Both the position numbers and the translations under genes were made by a program. From positions 213,611-277,610 of the forward strand of contig PBDW01000007.1 in assembly GCA_002717485.1 (NCBI GenBank): a DNA stretch of 64,000 nt, written 5' to 3'. Each line of letters opens with the position of its first letter. Position 1 is the first letter of the stretch. Positions 1-8,661 of the stretch are shown here, in pieces. This DNA comes from Pelagibacteraceae bacterium (GTDB lineage Bacteria > Pseudomonadota > Alphaproteobacteria > HIMB59 > GCA-002718135). The notes under the pieces are model-generated. The model searched no databases and had not been told where the DNA came from. It saw only the letters and a list, made by a program, of their open reading frames with translations.

Positions 1-318
1 TCACCTTTTATGGATATTAAAGGTCATTATGAGTTTAAAATTAACGTTCCTAAAAATAATTTTTCAATATTAATTAATCAATTTCTTGAAGATAAATCAA
101 AAATACTTAATGCATCTCAAATTGGGACTAGAGAAGATTTTTCAGATGCAAATTTGTTAAAAATTTTCTTAAGATATCCACTGTTAACATTAAAAATTAT
201 TTTTTCTATTCATTGGCAGGCATTTAAAATTTTAATAAAAGGTGGTAATCATTATTCAAGAAATAAAAAGAAAATTGATACTAGATCATATGAAGGTGAT
301 TTAAATGCTAAATTATAA
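1..318 (+). CDS. DUF1365-like protein, C-terminal fragment (5' end lies outside the window)
   Basis: The frame is open from base 1 with no stop. It overlaps the cfa start by 14 nt, the usual DUF1365-cfa arrangement. Family call is from context and weak sequence memory. Confidence 0.4.
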   Translation, partial: SPFMDIKGHYEFKINVPKNNFSILINQFLEDKSKILNASQIGTREDFSDANLLKIFLRYPLLTLKIIFSIHWQAFKILIKGGNHYSRNKKKIDTRSYEGDLNAKL

Positions 319-1477
319 TAAATTTATTATTGATAAGATTATTAATAATATTAATTATGGATCTTTATCTATAATCTACCCCGATGATGAGAAATTTATT
401 TATAAGGGAACCATAGACGGTCCTAATGCTGATATTAAATTATATAATTTCAAAATAATTTCCAATCTTTTATTCAAGGGTAATATTGGTTTGGGTGAAT
501 CATATATAAATAATCATTTTGAAACATCAAATTTATCAAATTTAATTGAATTTATAGTTGTTAATCAAAATTCATTTAAAAAAATTAGTAACGGTAATTT
601 TATTTATAGATTATTTCAAAAAATTAACCATTTAAGAAATCATAATTCAAAAATTAACAGTATAAATAATATTAAATATCATTATGACCTTGGTAACAAT
701 TTCTATAGTCAATGGCTTGATGAGACAATGTCTTATTCTTCAGCATTATTTGATGATTTTAATATTGATTTAAAAAATGCACAATTGAATAAATATAATA
801 GACTTTTATCCTTAATAAACCCATCAGATAAGTCCAAAATTTTAGAAATAGGTTGCGGATGGGGGAGTTTAGCAAATCATATAGCTAAATATACAAATGC
901 TCATGTAACAGCTGTTACTATTTCACAAAAACAATATGCACACGTTTCAAATCTTATTCAACAAAATGGATTAAATGAAAATGTTACTGTCGAACTAAAG
1001 GATTATAGAGATATTAATAAAAAATTTGATTCAATAGTATCAATAGAAATGTTTGAAGCGGTTGGCGAAAAATATTGGCCAGTTTTTTTTAATAAATTAA
1101 AAGATAACTTAGAATATGGAGGAAAATCATTATTACAAGTTATTACAATTAATGAAAATTTATTTGAAAATTATAGAAATAGGCCGGATTTTATTCAAAA
1201 ATATATTTTTCCTGGCGGAATGTTACCTTCAAAAGAAATTTTTCGAAGCTTTCTTTACAATGAGGGTTTATTAATAAGAGACGAATTTAATTTTGCCTTA
1301 AGTTATGCAAAAACTCTTAATGAATGGAATAAACGTTTTCAAAAATCTTGGCCTCAAATTTCTAAGCAAGGTTTTAATGATTATTTTAAAAGAATGTGGG
1401 AATATTATTTAGCCTATTGTGAAGGCGGTTTTAAAGGCGGCTCAATTGATATATCTCAATATCTTATAACAAAATAA
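305..1477 (+). CDS. cfa: cyclopropane-fatty-acyl-phospholipid synthase (SAM-dependent methyltransferase)
   Basis: 390 aa. SAM-binding motif LEIGCGWGSLA. C-terminal WEYYLAYCEGGF is typical of CFA/mycolic-acid synthases. Confidence 0.85.
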   Translation: MLNYNKFIIDKIINNINYGSLSIIYPDDEKFIYKGTIDGPNADIKLYNFKIISNLLFKGNIGLGESYINNHFETSNLSNLIEFIVVNQNSFKKISNGNFIYRLFQKINHLRNHNSKINSINNIKYHYDLGNNFYSQWLDETMSYSSALFDDFNIDLKNAQLNKYNRLLSLINPSDKSKILEIGCGWGSLANHIAKYTNAHVTAVTISQKQYAHVSNLIQQNGLNENVTVELKDYRDINKKFDSIVSIEMFEAVGEKYWPVFFNKLKDNLEYGGKSLLQVITINENLFENYRNRPDFIQKYIFPGGMLPSKEIFRSFLYNEGLLIRDEFNFALSYAKTLNEWNKRFQKSWPQISKQGFNDYFKRMWEYYLAYCEGGFKGGSIDISQYLITK

Positions 1478-1550
1478 TTATTTAATTAAAAACTTATAAT
1501 TTATAAAATTGTTTTTCAATTTGTTATATTTTAATGATATAAGAATATAA

Positions 1551-2510
1551 ATGACAAGTAATACATATGATAAGGGTAGATTAAATTTACCGTTTGTTGG
1601 AATATGCACTTTTGGTAAATATAAGTATGTAGATGATTGGAATAATATAAATGCTGATATAGCTATTATGGGAGCTCCTTTTGATTTTGGTAGCCAATAT
1701 CGTACAGGTTCCAGAATGGGTCCAAGAAGCATAAGAGAGGCCTCAACGTTATTTTCTTTTGGACACTCAGGAGCATATGATTATGAAGATGATATTACCT
1801 ATCTACCATCAAATTCAACTAAAATTGTTGATATAGGAGATGCAGATATTATTCATACAGACACATTAAAAAGTCACGAAAATATAAAATATGGGGTAAA
1901 AAAGATATTAGATGCAAAAGCAATTCCAATTATCTTAGGAGGTGATCATTCAATAAATATACCTTGCATAGATGCTTTTGCTTCACAAGATGATATTCAT
2001 TTAATTCAAATCGATGCTCATTTAGATTTTGTAGATGAAAGACATGGGGTTCGTTATGGACATGGTAATCCAATGCGAAGAGCTTCTGAAAAAAAATATG
2101 TATCAGGTATTACTCATATAGGAATTCGTAACGTATCATCAACTGCTAAAGAAGGTTATGAAGATGCTATATTTAGAGGATCAAAAATTTTTTCTGTTCG
2201 TCATCTTCGCAATAAAGGAATTAATAATATATTAAAAGAAATTCCAATAAATAAAAGATATTATATTACAATTGATATAGATGCTTTTGATCCATCAATC
2301 GCATCTGGCACAGGAACTCCTAGTCACGGAGGCTTTTATTATTATGAAGTATTAGAACTTCTCGACGGTATTATAAAGCAAGGTAATGTTGTTGGGTTAG
2401 ATTTAGTTGAAGTTTCACCCGATTATGATTCAACCAATTCAACTTCTACACTAGCTGCACAAATATTGATGAATTCAATAGGAAGAATTCTTTATCACAA
2501 AAAAGGTTAA
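1551..2510 (+). CDS. ureohydrolase of the arginase/agmatinase family (agmatinase or guanidino-acid hydrolase)
   Basis: Mn-site motifs GGDHSI, IDAHLDF and DIDAFDPS. Substrate cannot be assigned by eye. Confidence 0.85.
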   Translation: MTSNTYDKGRLNLPFVGICTFGKYKYVDDWNNINADIAIMGAPFDFGSQYRTGSRMGPRSIREASTLFSFGHSGAYDYEDDITYLPSNSTKIVDIGDADIIHTDTLKSHENIKYGVKKILDAKAIPIILGGDHSINIPCIDAFASQDDIHLIQIDAHLDFVDERHGVRYGHGNPMRRASEKKYVSGITHIGIRNVSSTAKEGYEDAIFRGSKIFSVRHLRNKGINNILKEIPINKRYYITIDIDAFDPSIASGTGTPSHGGFYYYEVLELLDGIIKQGNVVGLDLVEVSPDYDSTNSTSTLAAQILMNSIGRILYHKKG

Positions 2511-2535
2511 ATCTTTAGAACCCTAATTATTTAAA

Positions 2536-3279
2536 CTAATATTTTTTTAATTTTTTTTCTAATAATCTAACTAAAAAAGAAATGAACAATATTAATATTA
2601 AGTATTCTAGGACTAGGAAACTGTATATTTCCAATGGTCTATAGACACTAACAACAAGTTCATTTGCTTTTCTTGTTAAATCAGCTAATCCAACTATAGA
2701 AACTAGAGAGCTCATTTTCACAATATATACAAATTGATTTCCTATTGGAGGCAACACAAATCTAAGTGCTTGAGGAAAAACTACAAAACGCATTTTTTGC
2801 CAAGAATTAAAACCTAATGATTCAGAAGCTTCATGTTGTCCTTTTGGAATTGATTCTATACCAGCTCGAAATATTTCTGCTTCAAATGCTGAATCACTTA
2901 TTGCCAATGATAGTATACCGGCAATAAATGGAGAAAGACTAATGCCAAATATAATAGGCAAACCATAATAAACCCATAATAATAGAACTAATAGAGGAAT
3001 TGATCTTACTATTTCTACATATGTTCTATTGAATATAATTAATAATTTATTCTTACTTATACCTGCGAGGGAAACTAAAAAACCTGATATGAGAGAAAAT
3101 ATAATAGAAAAAAATGAAATTGTAACAGTTATATATAAGCCACTTAATAAAAATGATATATTATTTAGACCACTTTCAAGTTTTGGGTTCAAAATATACC
3201 AACCCCATGTATAATTAGATGAGCATGAAGAAAGTATTAATAATATTATTAAAAGTAAATAAGGTTTAAAAAAAAACAA
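2536..3279 (-). CDS. polar amino-acid ABC transporter permease
   Basis: Polytopic protein. Coupling-loop region SAFEAEIFRAGIESIPKGQHEASESLG is typical of HisM/GlnP-type permeases. Confidence 0.8.
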   Translation of the reverse strand: MFFFKPYLLLIILLILSSCSSNYTWGWYILNPKLESGLNNISFLLSGLYITVTISFFSIIFSLISGFLVSLAGISKNKLLIIFNRTYVEIVRSIPLLVLLLWVYYGLPIIFGISLSPFIAGILSLAISDSAFEAEIFRAGIESIPKGQHEASESLGFNSWQKMRFVVFPQALRFVLPPIGNQFVYIVKMSSLVSIVGLADLTRKANELVVSVYRPLEIYSFLVLEYLILILFISFLVRLLEKKLKKY

Positions 3280-3286
3280 TTTATAT

Positions 3287-4090
3287 CTAATAGTCTTTTA
3301 AATTATATTTTTCTTTAACTTTTTTAAAATATCCCTGAGATTGTTTCAAGTTAATCCAGTGATTAAGATAATTAATCCATACTTGGTCATTTTGAGGAAC
3401 TAGCCATGCTAAAGGGGTAGGGCGTATTTGCTCTTTAACTGGTATAATTACCAACTCATTATATTGTTCTACTAGAGCAGCAGCTTCTATATTTGACGTC
3501 ATTGATACATCACTTCTACCTGCTAAAACTTCTTGAAAATCTCTCGCAGGCGCTTCCACTGATATAATTTTAGCTTTAGGAAATAACTCCTTAGCCATTT
3601 GTTCTTGCACAGTTCCAAGTGTAACTGCAAAGTTAATTTGAGAATTATTTAGATCTTTCCAATTTTTAAATTTAGATAAGTTTTTTTTCAAAGTAAGTGG
3701 AACCTGATAATAATTTAAATAGGAATCTGTGTATCCAGCTGAAAGAGCACGTTTCGCATTTAAGGATGCACTTGTTGACAAGTCATATTTATTTGATGTT
3801 ATTCCTGAAACTAATGTTTTCCATTCTGTTGGGACTAATTCTAATTTGACACCCATATCATCGGCTAATTTATTAACAATTTCAATATCAAATCCTTTAT
3901 ATTCATTTGTTGCTGGATCTTTAATTGACATAGGATTCCAATCACCAGTTGTACCAACTTTAAGCGTACCAGAATTTAGTATCTTATTAAGTCTAGATTC
4001 ATCCCCATAAGATATTGATGATATTAAAATTAATGCAAATACTAGGCTAAAAGATTTGACTAAACTTTTTAATTTATTTAAATACTTCAT
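3287..4090 (-). CDS. amino-acid ABC transporter substrate-binding protein (family 3 SBP)
   Basis: Signal peptide followed by [13 protein letters not shown]...YKGFDIEI, typical of SBP_bac_3. Lies 7 nt upstream of the permease. Confidence 0.8.
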   Translation of the reverse strand: MKYLNKLKSLVKSFSLVFALILISSISYGDESRLNKILNSGTLKVGTTGDWNPMSIKDPATNEYKGFDIEIVNKLADDMGVKLELVPTEWKTLVSGITSNKYDLSTSASLNAKRALSAGYTDSYLNYYQVPLTLKKNLSKFKNWKDLNNSQINFAVTLGTVQEQMAKELFPKAKIISVEAPARDFQEVLAGRSDVSMTSNIEAAALVEQYNELVIIPVKEQIRPTPLAWLVPQNDQVWINYLNHWINLKQSQGYFKKVKEKYNLKDY

Positions 4091-4172
4091 AAAAGGTCTA
4101 TATAGTTAGATCAGATTAAAAATCTACATTTTTTGTAATAGAATTTAAAGATTATTTTTATATAAATAAAAT

Positions 4173-4997
4173 ATGACAGAAAACTTAATATTTACCTTCG
4201 CAAACGCAGAAGTGAGTCCTATAAGCAGGGTCTTTATAAGGCTGACGGAGCTTTCAACTGGTCAGCCAAAACTAAAAAAAATCTATGATAAATATATAGA
4301 AGATGACAGGCCTCCTGAACTTTTTTGGCACGACGCTATAAAAAGATTAGATTTAAAAGTTAATATTAAAACTAATAGTTTATATTCTATACCTAAAAAA
4401 GGACGTCTTTTAATTGTTGCAAATCATCCTTTTGGTGTTGTCGATGGTTTGACTATTTGCTCTCTAGTAACAAGCATAAGAAATGATATGAAAATAATGA
4501 CTCATAGTGTTTTGGCGCAGGCAGAAGCTGTAAAGCATCAGGTTCTTCCAATAGATTTTTCTAATACAAAAAAAGCATTAATTAATAATATTAAAACCAG
4601 AAGGTTAGCTGAAGAACATTTAACACATGGGGGTGTGCTAGTTATGTTTCCAAGTGGAGCTATAGCAACTGCTGAAAAAATTAAACAAAAAGCAGTAGAA
4701 AAAGAATGGAAGCAATATGCCTCAAAGTTATCATTAAAATGGAATACACCTGTTTTACCAATTTTTTTTGAAGGTCAAAATAGTAAAGTGTTCCATATTG
4801 CGAACAAAATTAATCAAACATTTAAATATAGTGTTCTTATGTATGAATTGTGTAAAAAAATGGGAAAAAATGTAGATGTTCATATTGGTGATTTAATTGA
4901 ATTTAAAAAAATAAAAGAAATTGGAGATTTAAAAATGATAACTAATTATCTTTATAATCAAACTTATAATCTTGATCCTGAGAATAAATTAATTTAA
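4173..4997 (+). CDS. lysophospholipid acyltransferase-family protein (putative-hemolysin/PlsC-like)
   Basis: Acyltransferase block LLIVANHPFGVVDG and later VMFPSGA. Subfamily is uncertain. Confidence 0.55.
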   Translation: MTENLIFTFANAEVSPISRVFIRLTELSTGQPKLKKIYDKYIEDDRPPELFWHDAIKRLDLKVNIKTNSLYSIPKKGRLLIVANHPFGVVDGLTICSLVTSIRNDMKIMTHSVLAQAEAVKHQVLPIDFSNTKKALINNIKTRRLAEEHLTHGGVLVMFPSGAIATAEKIKQKAVEKEWKQYASKLSLKWNTPVLPIFFEGQNSKVFHIANKINQTFKYSVLMYELCKKMGKNVDVHIGDLIEFKKIKEIGDLKMITNYLYNQTYNLDPENKLI

Positions 4998-5399
4998 TTT
5001 ATTTGTTAAATATATAGCTAGGCCAGATGCAAAAGCCGTTAAGAATCCTCCCCAAGAAATATCAATAATTGTTACAAATTTTGACCAACCTTTTAACACA
5101 GCCATATTTGTAAGGCTCCAAGTGCTATAAGCAACAATTCCAAAAATAAATCCAGTCCAGGTAGCTGTTATGACTGAATTATCTATTAGGGCAGGGCGTA
5201 AAATTATTATTGTTACACCTATCGAATAAATGAAATAAAAAAGTATAGCTGCCCATAAAACTGGCCTATCTAATAACAAACCTGGTAAATTAGGTCTGTA
5301 AATATATTTTGGAGCTATTGATAACCAAATAAAATCAATGATTAACAAAAGAAATGAAAAAATGAAAAAACAATAAATTATTGATTTGTTAAGAACCAT
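4989..5399 (-). CDS. DUF2177-like small integral membrane protein
   Basis: 136 aa with 4 predicted TM segments. Its 3' end overlaps the convergent neighbour by 9 nt. Confidence 0.5.
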   Translation of the reverse strand: MVLNKSIIYCFFIFSFLLLIIDFIWLSIAPKYIYRPNLPGLLLDRPVLWAAILFYFIYSIGVTIIILRPALIDNSVITATWTGFIFGIVAYSTWSLTNMAVLKGWSKFVTIIDISWGGFLTAFASGLAIYLTNKLN

Positions 5400-5443
5400 A
5401 TTTATGATCTAGTGTAATTCTAAATAAATTCAATAAAATTATT

Positions 5444-6433
5444 ATGATAAATGTAGAAATTATCAGAGGAAATCAAACAGAAAGTATTCATAAAGTTAAA
5501 AGCTTGGTAATAAATTCTAAAAACAAGGTAATATTTTCAACAAATAATGATAGTGATTATATATACCCCAGATCTGCAATTAAGATTTTTCAGGCAATTC
5601 CATTAATTTATTCAGGTGCTGCTGATTTTTATAATATTAATGAAAAGCAAATTTCATTATCATCATCTTCTCATTTTGCTGAAAATAAACATGTTCACTA
5701 CTTAGAAAAATGGTTAAAAATTATTAATATTAGAGAAACTAATCTCAAATGCGGAATACATAACCCTTTAGATTTAGATAGTTCTAATAAACTATTGTTG
5801 AGTGGCAAAAAATCAAGTCAAATATACAATAATTGTTCGGGAAAGCATTTGGGTATGATAACTACAGCAAAATATAAAAATTATAATATAAGTGATTATA
5901 CAAATTTTTCACATCCTATACAAAAAACTATACTTTCTGTATTGCAGAAATTTACTGAATTTGATGCATGTAAATCTTTTAAAGCTGTCGATGGATGTGG
6001 AGCACCGCAATATGCATTTCCTATAGAATCTCTTGCTTTAGCTATGAGCAAGTTGTCATGTTTTGACCAATTAGAACTTAAGATCTCACTTTCATTACAT
6101 AAATTGCTATATTGCATTATTAAATACCCATTTTTCATAGGAGGAACTAATAGATTTGATAGTGAGATTATAACTGTTACAAAGGGTAGAATTTTTTGTA
6201 AATTAGGGGCTGAAGGAGTCTTACTTTTTGCTGATATGAAGAAAAAATATGGTGGTGTATTAAAAGTAGAAGATGGAAATAATAGAGCTATACCCTCTGC
6301 TGCTATTAGTTTATTAAAAAAATTAAAATCCATATCTTCCTCCGAAGAAAGAAAATTAAAAAAATGGAATCCAGAGTTAATATATAATTTTTCAAAAACA
6401 AAAACGGGTTTTATTAAGTGTAATAAATTATAA
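5444..6433 (+). CDS. asparaginase-family protein (Rhizobium-type L-asparaginase II fold)
   Basis: Motifs NCSGKH and VDGCGAP, with C-terminal GAEGV...KVEDGN. Confidence 0.65.
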   Translation: MINVEIIRGNQTESIHKVKSLVINSKNKVIFSTNNDSDYIYPRSAIKIFQAIPLIYSGAADFYNINEKQISLSSSSHFAENKHVHYLEKWLKIINIRETNLKCGIHNPLDLDSSNKLLLSGKKSSQIYNNCSGKHLGMITTAKYKNYNISDYTNFSHPIQKTILSVLQKFTEFDACKSFKAVDGCGAPQYAFPIESLALAMSKLSCFDQLELKISLSLHKLLYCIIKYPFFIGGTNRFDSEIITVTKGRIFCKLGAEGVLLFADMKKKYGGVLKVEDGNNRAIPSAAISLLKKLKSISSSEERKLKKWNPELIYNFSKTKTGFIKCNKL

Positions 6434-7372
6434 ATCTAATTTTTTAGCGGCATTATTCTTAAACAAATTAGCATCTTGAATATATCTATGCACCATCTGA
6501 ACTGATTTGTGACCTGTGGTTTTCATAATTTCTTTTTCATCAGCTCCTGCAAATGCAGATGATGTTGCAAAACCAGATCTTAAACTATGGCCAGCATATC
6601 TTGATGGGTCAAGTTTTGCGTTTATAACTGCATTTTTTATTATTAGTGCTACAGCTCTATCGCTCAATTTTTTTTCTTGAATATTATTACTTTTATTAAT
6701 TTTTCTATATAAAGGACCTTTATTGATACTTGCGGCCTCCATCCATCTTCTTAAACTTTTGACAGGACAATAAAATTGATTTTTTGAGTAAGGAATACCA
6801 ACTTTACGACCTAAAGCTTCTTGATCAGTTTTAGAAGCCTTTATGTGCACTATTAATCCTTCAATATTCTCTTCTATATCTTCACAATCAATATTCACTA
6901 ATTCGGAACGTCTAAATGCGCCAATAAAGCCAAGTAATATTAAAGATTTATCCCTTAATGATCTAATATCGTCAACATTTGTAGCATTGATGATTTTTTT
7001 TATATCCTCGGTTAATAATGCTTTTGAACCAACCTGTCTTGATCCTTTTTTTCTTTTAATTCCTTGAAGAGTAGGGCGTATATATTTATGTTTAGTATCA
7101 AGTGGATGCTTGTTATCTCTATGAGTTCTTACTATTGCAGCAATTCTTCTTGATATTGTACTTGGTTTCAGATTTAGCGTGTCTGCACAATATACAAGAT
7201 ATTCACCAATAGTTTCGTATTTAGCTGGTAATGATTGATATCCTTTATATTTACAAAATTTATTAAAATCAGCCCAATCACTCTGATACGCTCTGGCCGT
7301 ATTTTTAGAAATTGACGAATCTATGTACTCTAAAACCCTAGAATCTATGTTTATTTCGCTATTTTCGTTCAT
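6428..7372 (-). CDS. tyrosine site-specific recombinase, Cre-like architecture
   Basis: Catalytic blocks GAFRRSEL (Arg I), GHSLRSGFATS (H-x-x-R) and GHKSVQMVHRYI (Tyr). The N-terminal ARAYQSDWADFNKFC and the overall spacing resemble Cre rather than XerC/D. Confidence 0.85.
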   Translation of the reverse strand: MNENSEINIDSRVLEYIDSSISKNTARAYQSDWADFNKFCKYKGYQSLPAKYETIGEYLVYCADTLNLKPSTISRRIAAIVRTHRDNKHPLDTKHKYIRPTLQGIKRKKGSRQVGSKALLTEDIKKIINATNVDDIRSLRDKSLILLGFIGAFRRSELVNIDCEDIEENIEGLIVHIKASKTDQEALGRKVGIPYSKNQFYCPVKSLRRWMEAASINKGPLYRKINKSNNIQEKKLSDRAVALIIKNAVINAKLDPSRYAGHSLRSGFATSSAFAGADEKEIMKTTGHKSVQMVHRYIQDANLFKNNAAKKLDL

Positions 7373-7377
7373 TTATA

Positions 7378-7416
7378 TTATTACTTCCTATAATCATTAG
7401 TTATCGGAAGTAATAA
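7378..7416. repeat. perfect 11-bp inverted repeat TTATTACTTCC-N17-GGAAGTAATAA, immediately 5' of the recombinase start codon
   Basis: Read directly from the sequence: arms at 7378-7388 and 7406-7416. Function (operator or recombination site) is unknown. Confidence 0.7.
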
Positions 7417-7538
7417 ATATCTAAAAATAATGGTTTTGTCAAATATAAATTAAATATTACTCTTTATTTTCAATATCTTATATATACTAACTAATATTAT
7501 ATATAAATTAATAGATATATTTTAAATATAAATAGCTC

Positions 7539-7568
7539 TTGAATGAGTTTTTAAATAATAAGGATAAT
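7539..7568 (+). promoter_or_regulatory. possible sigma70-type promoter for the LysE gene (TTGAAT-N18-GATAAT)
   Basis: The hexamers were read by eye. The -10 ends 8 nt before the ATG, implying a near-leaderless mRNA. Such hexamers arise by chance in AT-rich DNA. Confidence 0.2.
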
Positions 7569-7576
7569 TTAATAAA

Positions 7577-8170
7577 ATGTTAGATTATATACCTCAATTA
7601 ATACTTTATGTGTCAATAGCAGCTATTACACCAGGTCCAAATAATACAATAGCATTTTACGTGAGTTATAATTTCGGTTTAAAAAAGGCTATTTTATTAC
7701 CAGTTGCAGCAGCTATAGGAACAACTGCCATTCAATTACTTTGTTGTTTGGGAATTGGTTCTATTTTGATCAATATTCCTATAATTCAAAATATTATGAA
7801 ATTTATTGGGTTTAGCTACTTAATTTACCTTTCATACCAAATATTCAAGTTTAAATTGTCAGAAAATCAAGATAATCAAAAAAAGATAACTTTGGTTGAA
7901 TTCTTTTTGTTTCAATTTGTTAATCCGAAACTTTATGTTTTTGCATCTTCTACTGCAGTGATTTTTACTAATTATAGTTATGATTTCGTTCTTGAATCAA
8001 TAATAATTTCAACAATTATGGGATTATTAACAATTATTGCAATTTCTACTTGGGTTGTTGCCGGTAATATTTTGTTAAATTTGCTTAGAAACGATCTGCA
8101 AAGAAAAATCATAAATTATTTACTTGGTTTTGCTTTAATATTAACAGCGATTTGGATAATCCTAACTTAA
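7577..8170 (+). CDS. LysE/RhtB-family amino-acid exporter
   Basis: 197 aa, about 6 TM segments, N-terminal ITPGPNN motif. Confidence 0.75.
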   Translation: MLDYIPQLILYVSIAAITPGPNNTIAFYVSYNFGLKKAILLPVAAAIGTTAIQLLCCLGIGSILINIPIIQNIMKFIGFSYLIYLSYQIFKFKLSENQDNQKKITLVEFFLFQFVNPKLYVFASSTAVIFTNYSYDFVLESIIISTIMGLLTIIAISTWVVAGNILLNLLRNDLQRKIINYLLGFALILTAIWIILT

Positions 8171-8173
8171 TTA

Positions 8174-8629
8174 TTAACTTTTATTAGTTGTTTTTAATAT
8201 TAATTTTTCGTTCTTAGAATCTTTATTTGCTATTTTATTAATTTCTTTATTAGAATAAAGTTTGCCCTTACCTATTCCAGGGCAAAAATTTATAATTTCA
8301 TTATTCCATCTTTTTGCATTTAGATTTTCTTTCCAAAATGGCCAAGTTCTGCATTGAACTGGTCTGGCCTTGTATACAGTGCATTGTTTATTTTTTAAAA
8401 AAATACAATTTCCATTTTTATTTTTTTCAATCAAGTGATAATAACCATCTTGATTAGAGCAATACTTTTTTATAAAATTATCTATGCTTATTTTAAAATA
8501 CTTCGCAAATCTTTTAATATCATTTAAGCTCAAATAAACGTATCCATACGAGCCTCTTGAAACACAGCAATTTGATGATCCTTGGCATTTGAATCTAATA
8601 CCTTTTGAGGATGGAAGAATATTATTCAT
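8174..8629 (-). CDS. YkgJ/UPF0153-family Cys-cluster (Zn/Fe-chelating) protein
   Basis: Contains CQGSSNCC and CIFL..KQCTVYKARPVQCRTWPFW, typical of the CxxCxxCC family. Confidence 0.7.
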   Translation of the reverse strand: MNNILPSSKGIRFKCQGSSNCCVSRGSYGYVYLSLNDIKRFAKYFKISIDNFIKKYCSNQDGYYHLIEKNKNGNCIFLKNKQCTVYKARPVQCRTWPFWKENLNAKRWNNEIINFCPGIGKGKLYSNKEINKIANKDSKNEKLILKTTNKS

Positions 8630-8661
8630 TATGATATAATTAATAGCATAAATAAAACTAT

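Noticed and set aside
1478-1732. 84-aa minus-strand ORF overlapping the ureohydrolase start. Similar shadows occur at 3029-3214, 3729-4010, 5896-6333, 6843-7067, 8988-9221, 12970-13197, 15480-15668, 18017-18232, 24092-24286, 25604-25843, 27192-27443, 27917-28099, 31506-31878, 32676-32894, 36374-36679 and 62248-62541
   Set aside because: Each overlaps a longer ORF with clear family motifs. None has a recognisable domain, and the better-supported gene explains the open frame on the other strand or in the other frame.
7417-7538. AT-rich quasi-periodic stretch (tatatatact..., atatataaatt..., (TA)n) considered as a possible repeat array or CRISPR-like structure
   Set aside because: It has no repeated unit of 20 nt or more with unique spacers. 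It is simple low-complexity AT sequence in a divergent promoter region.
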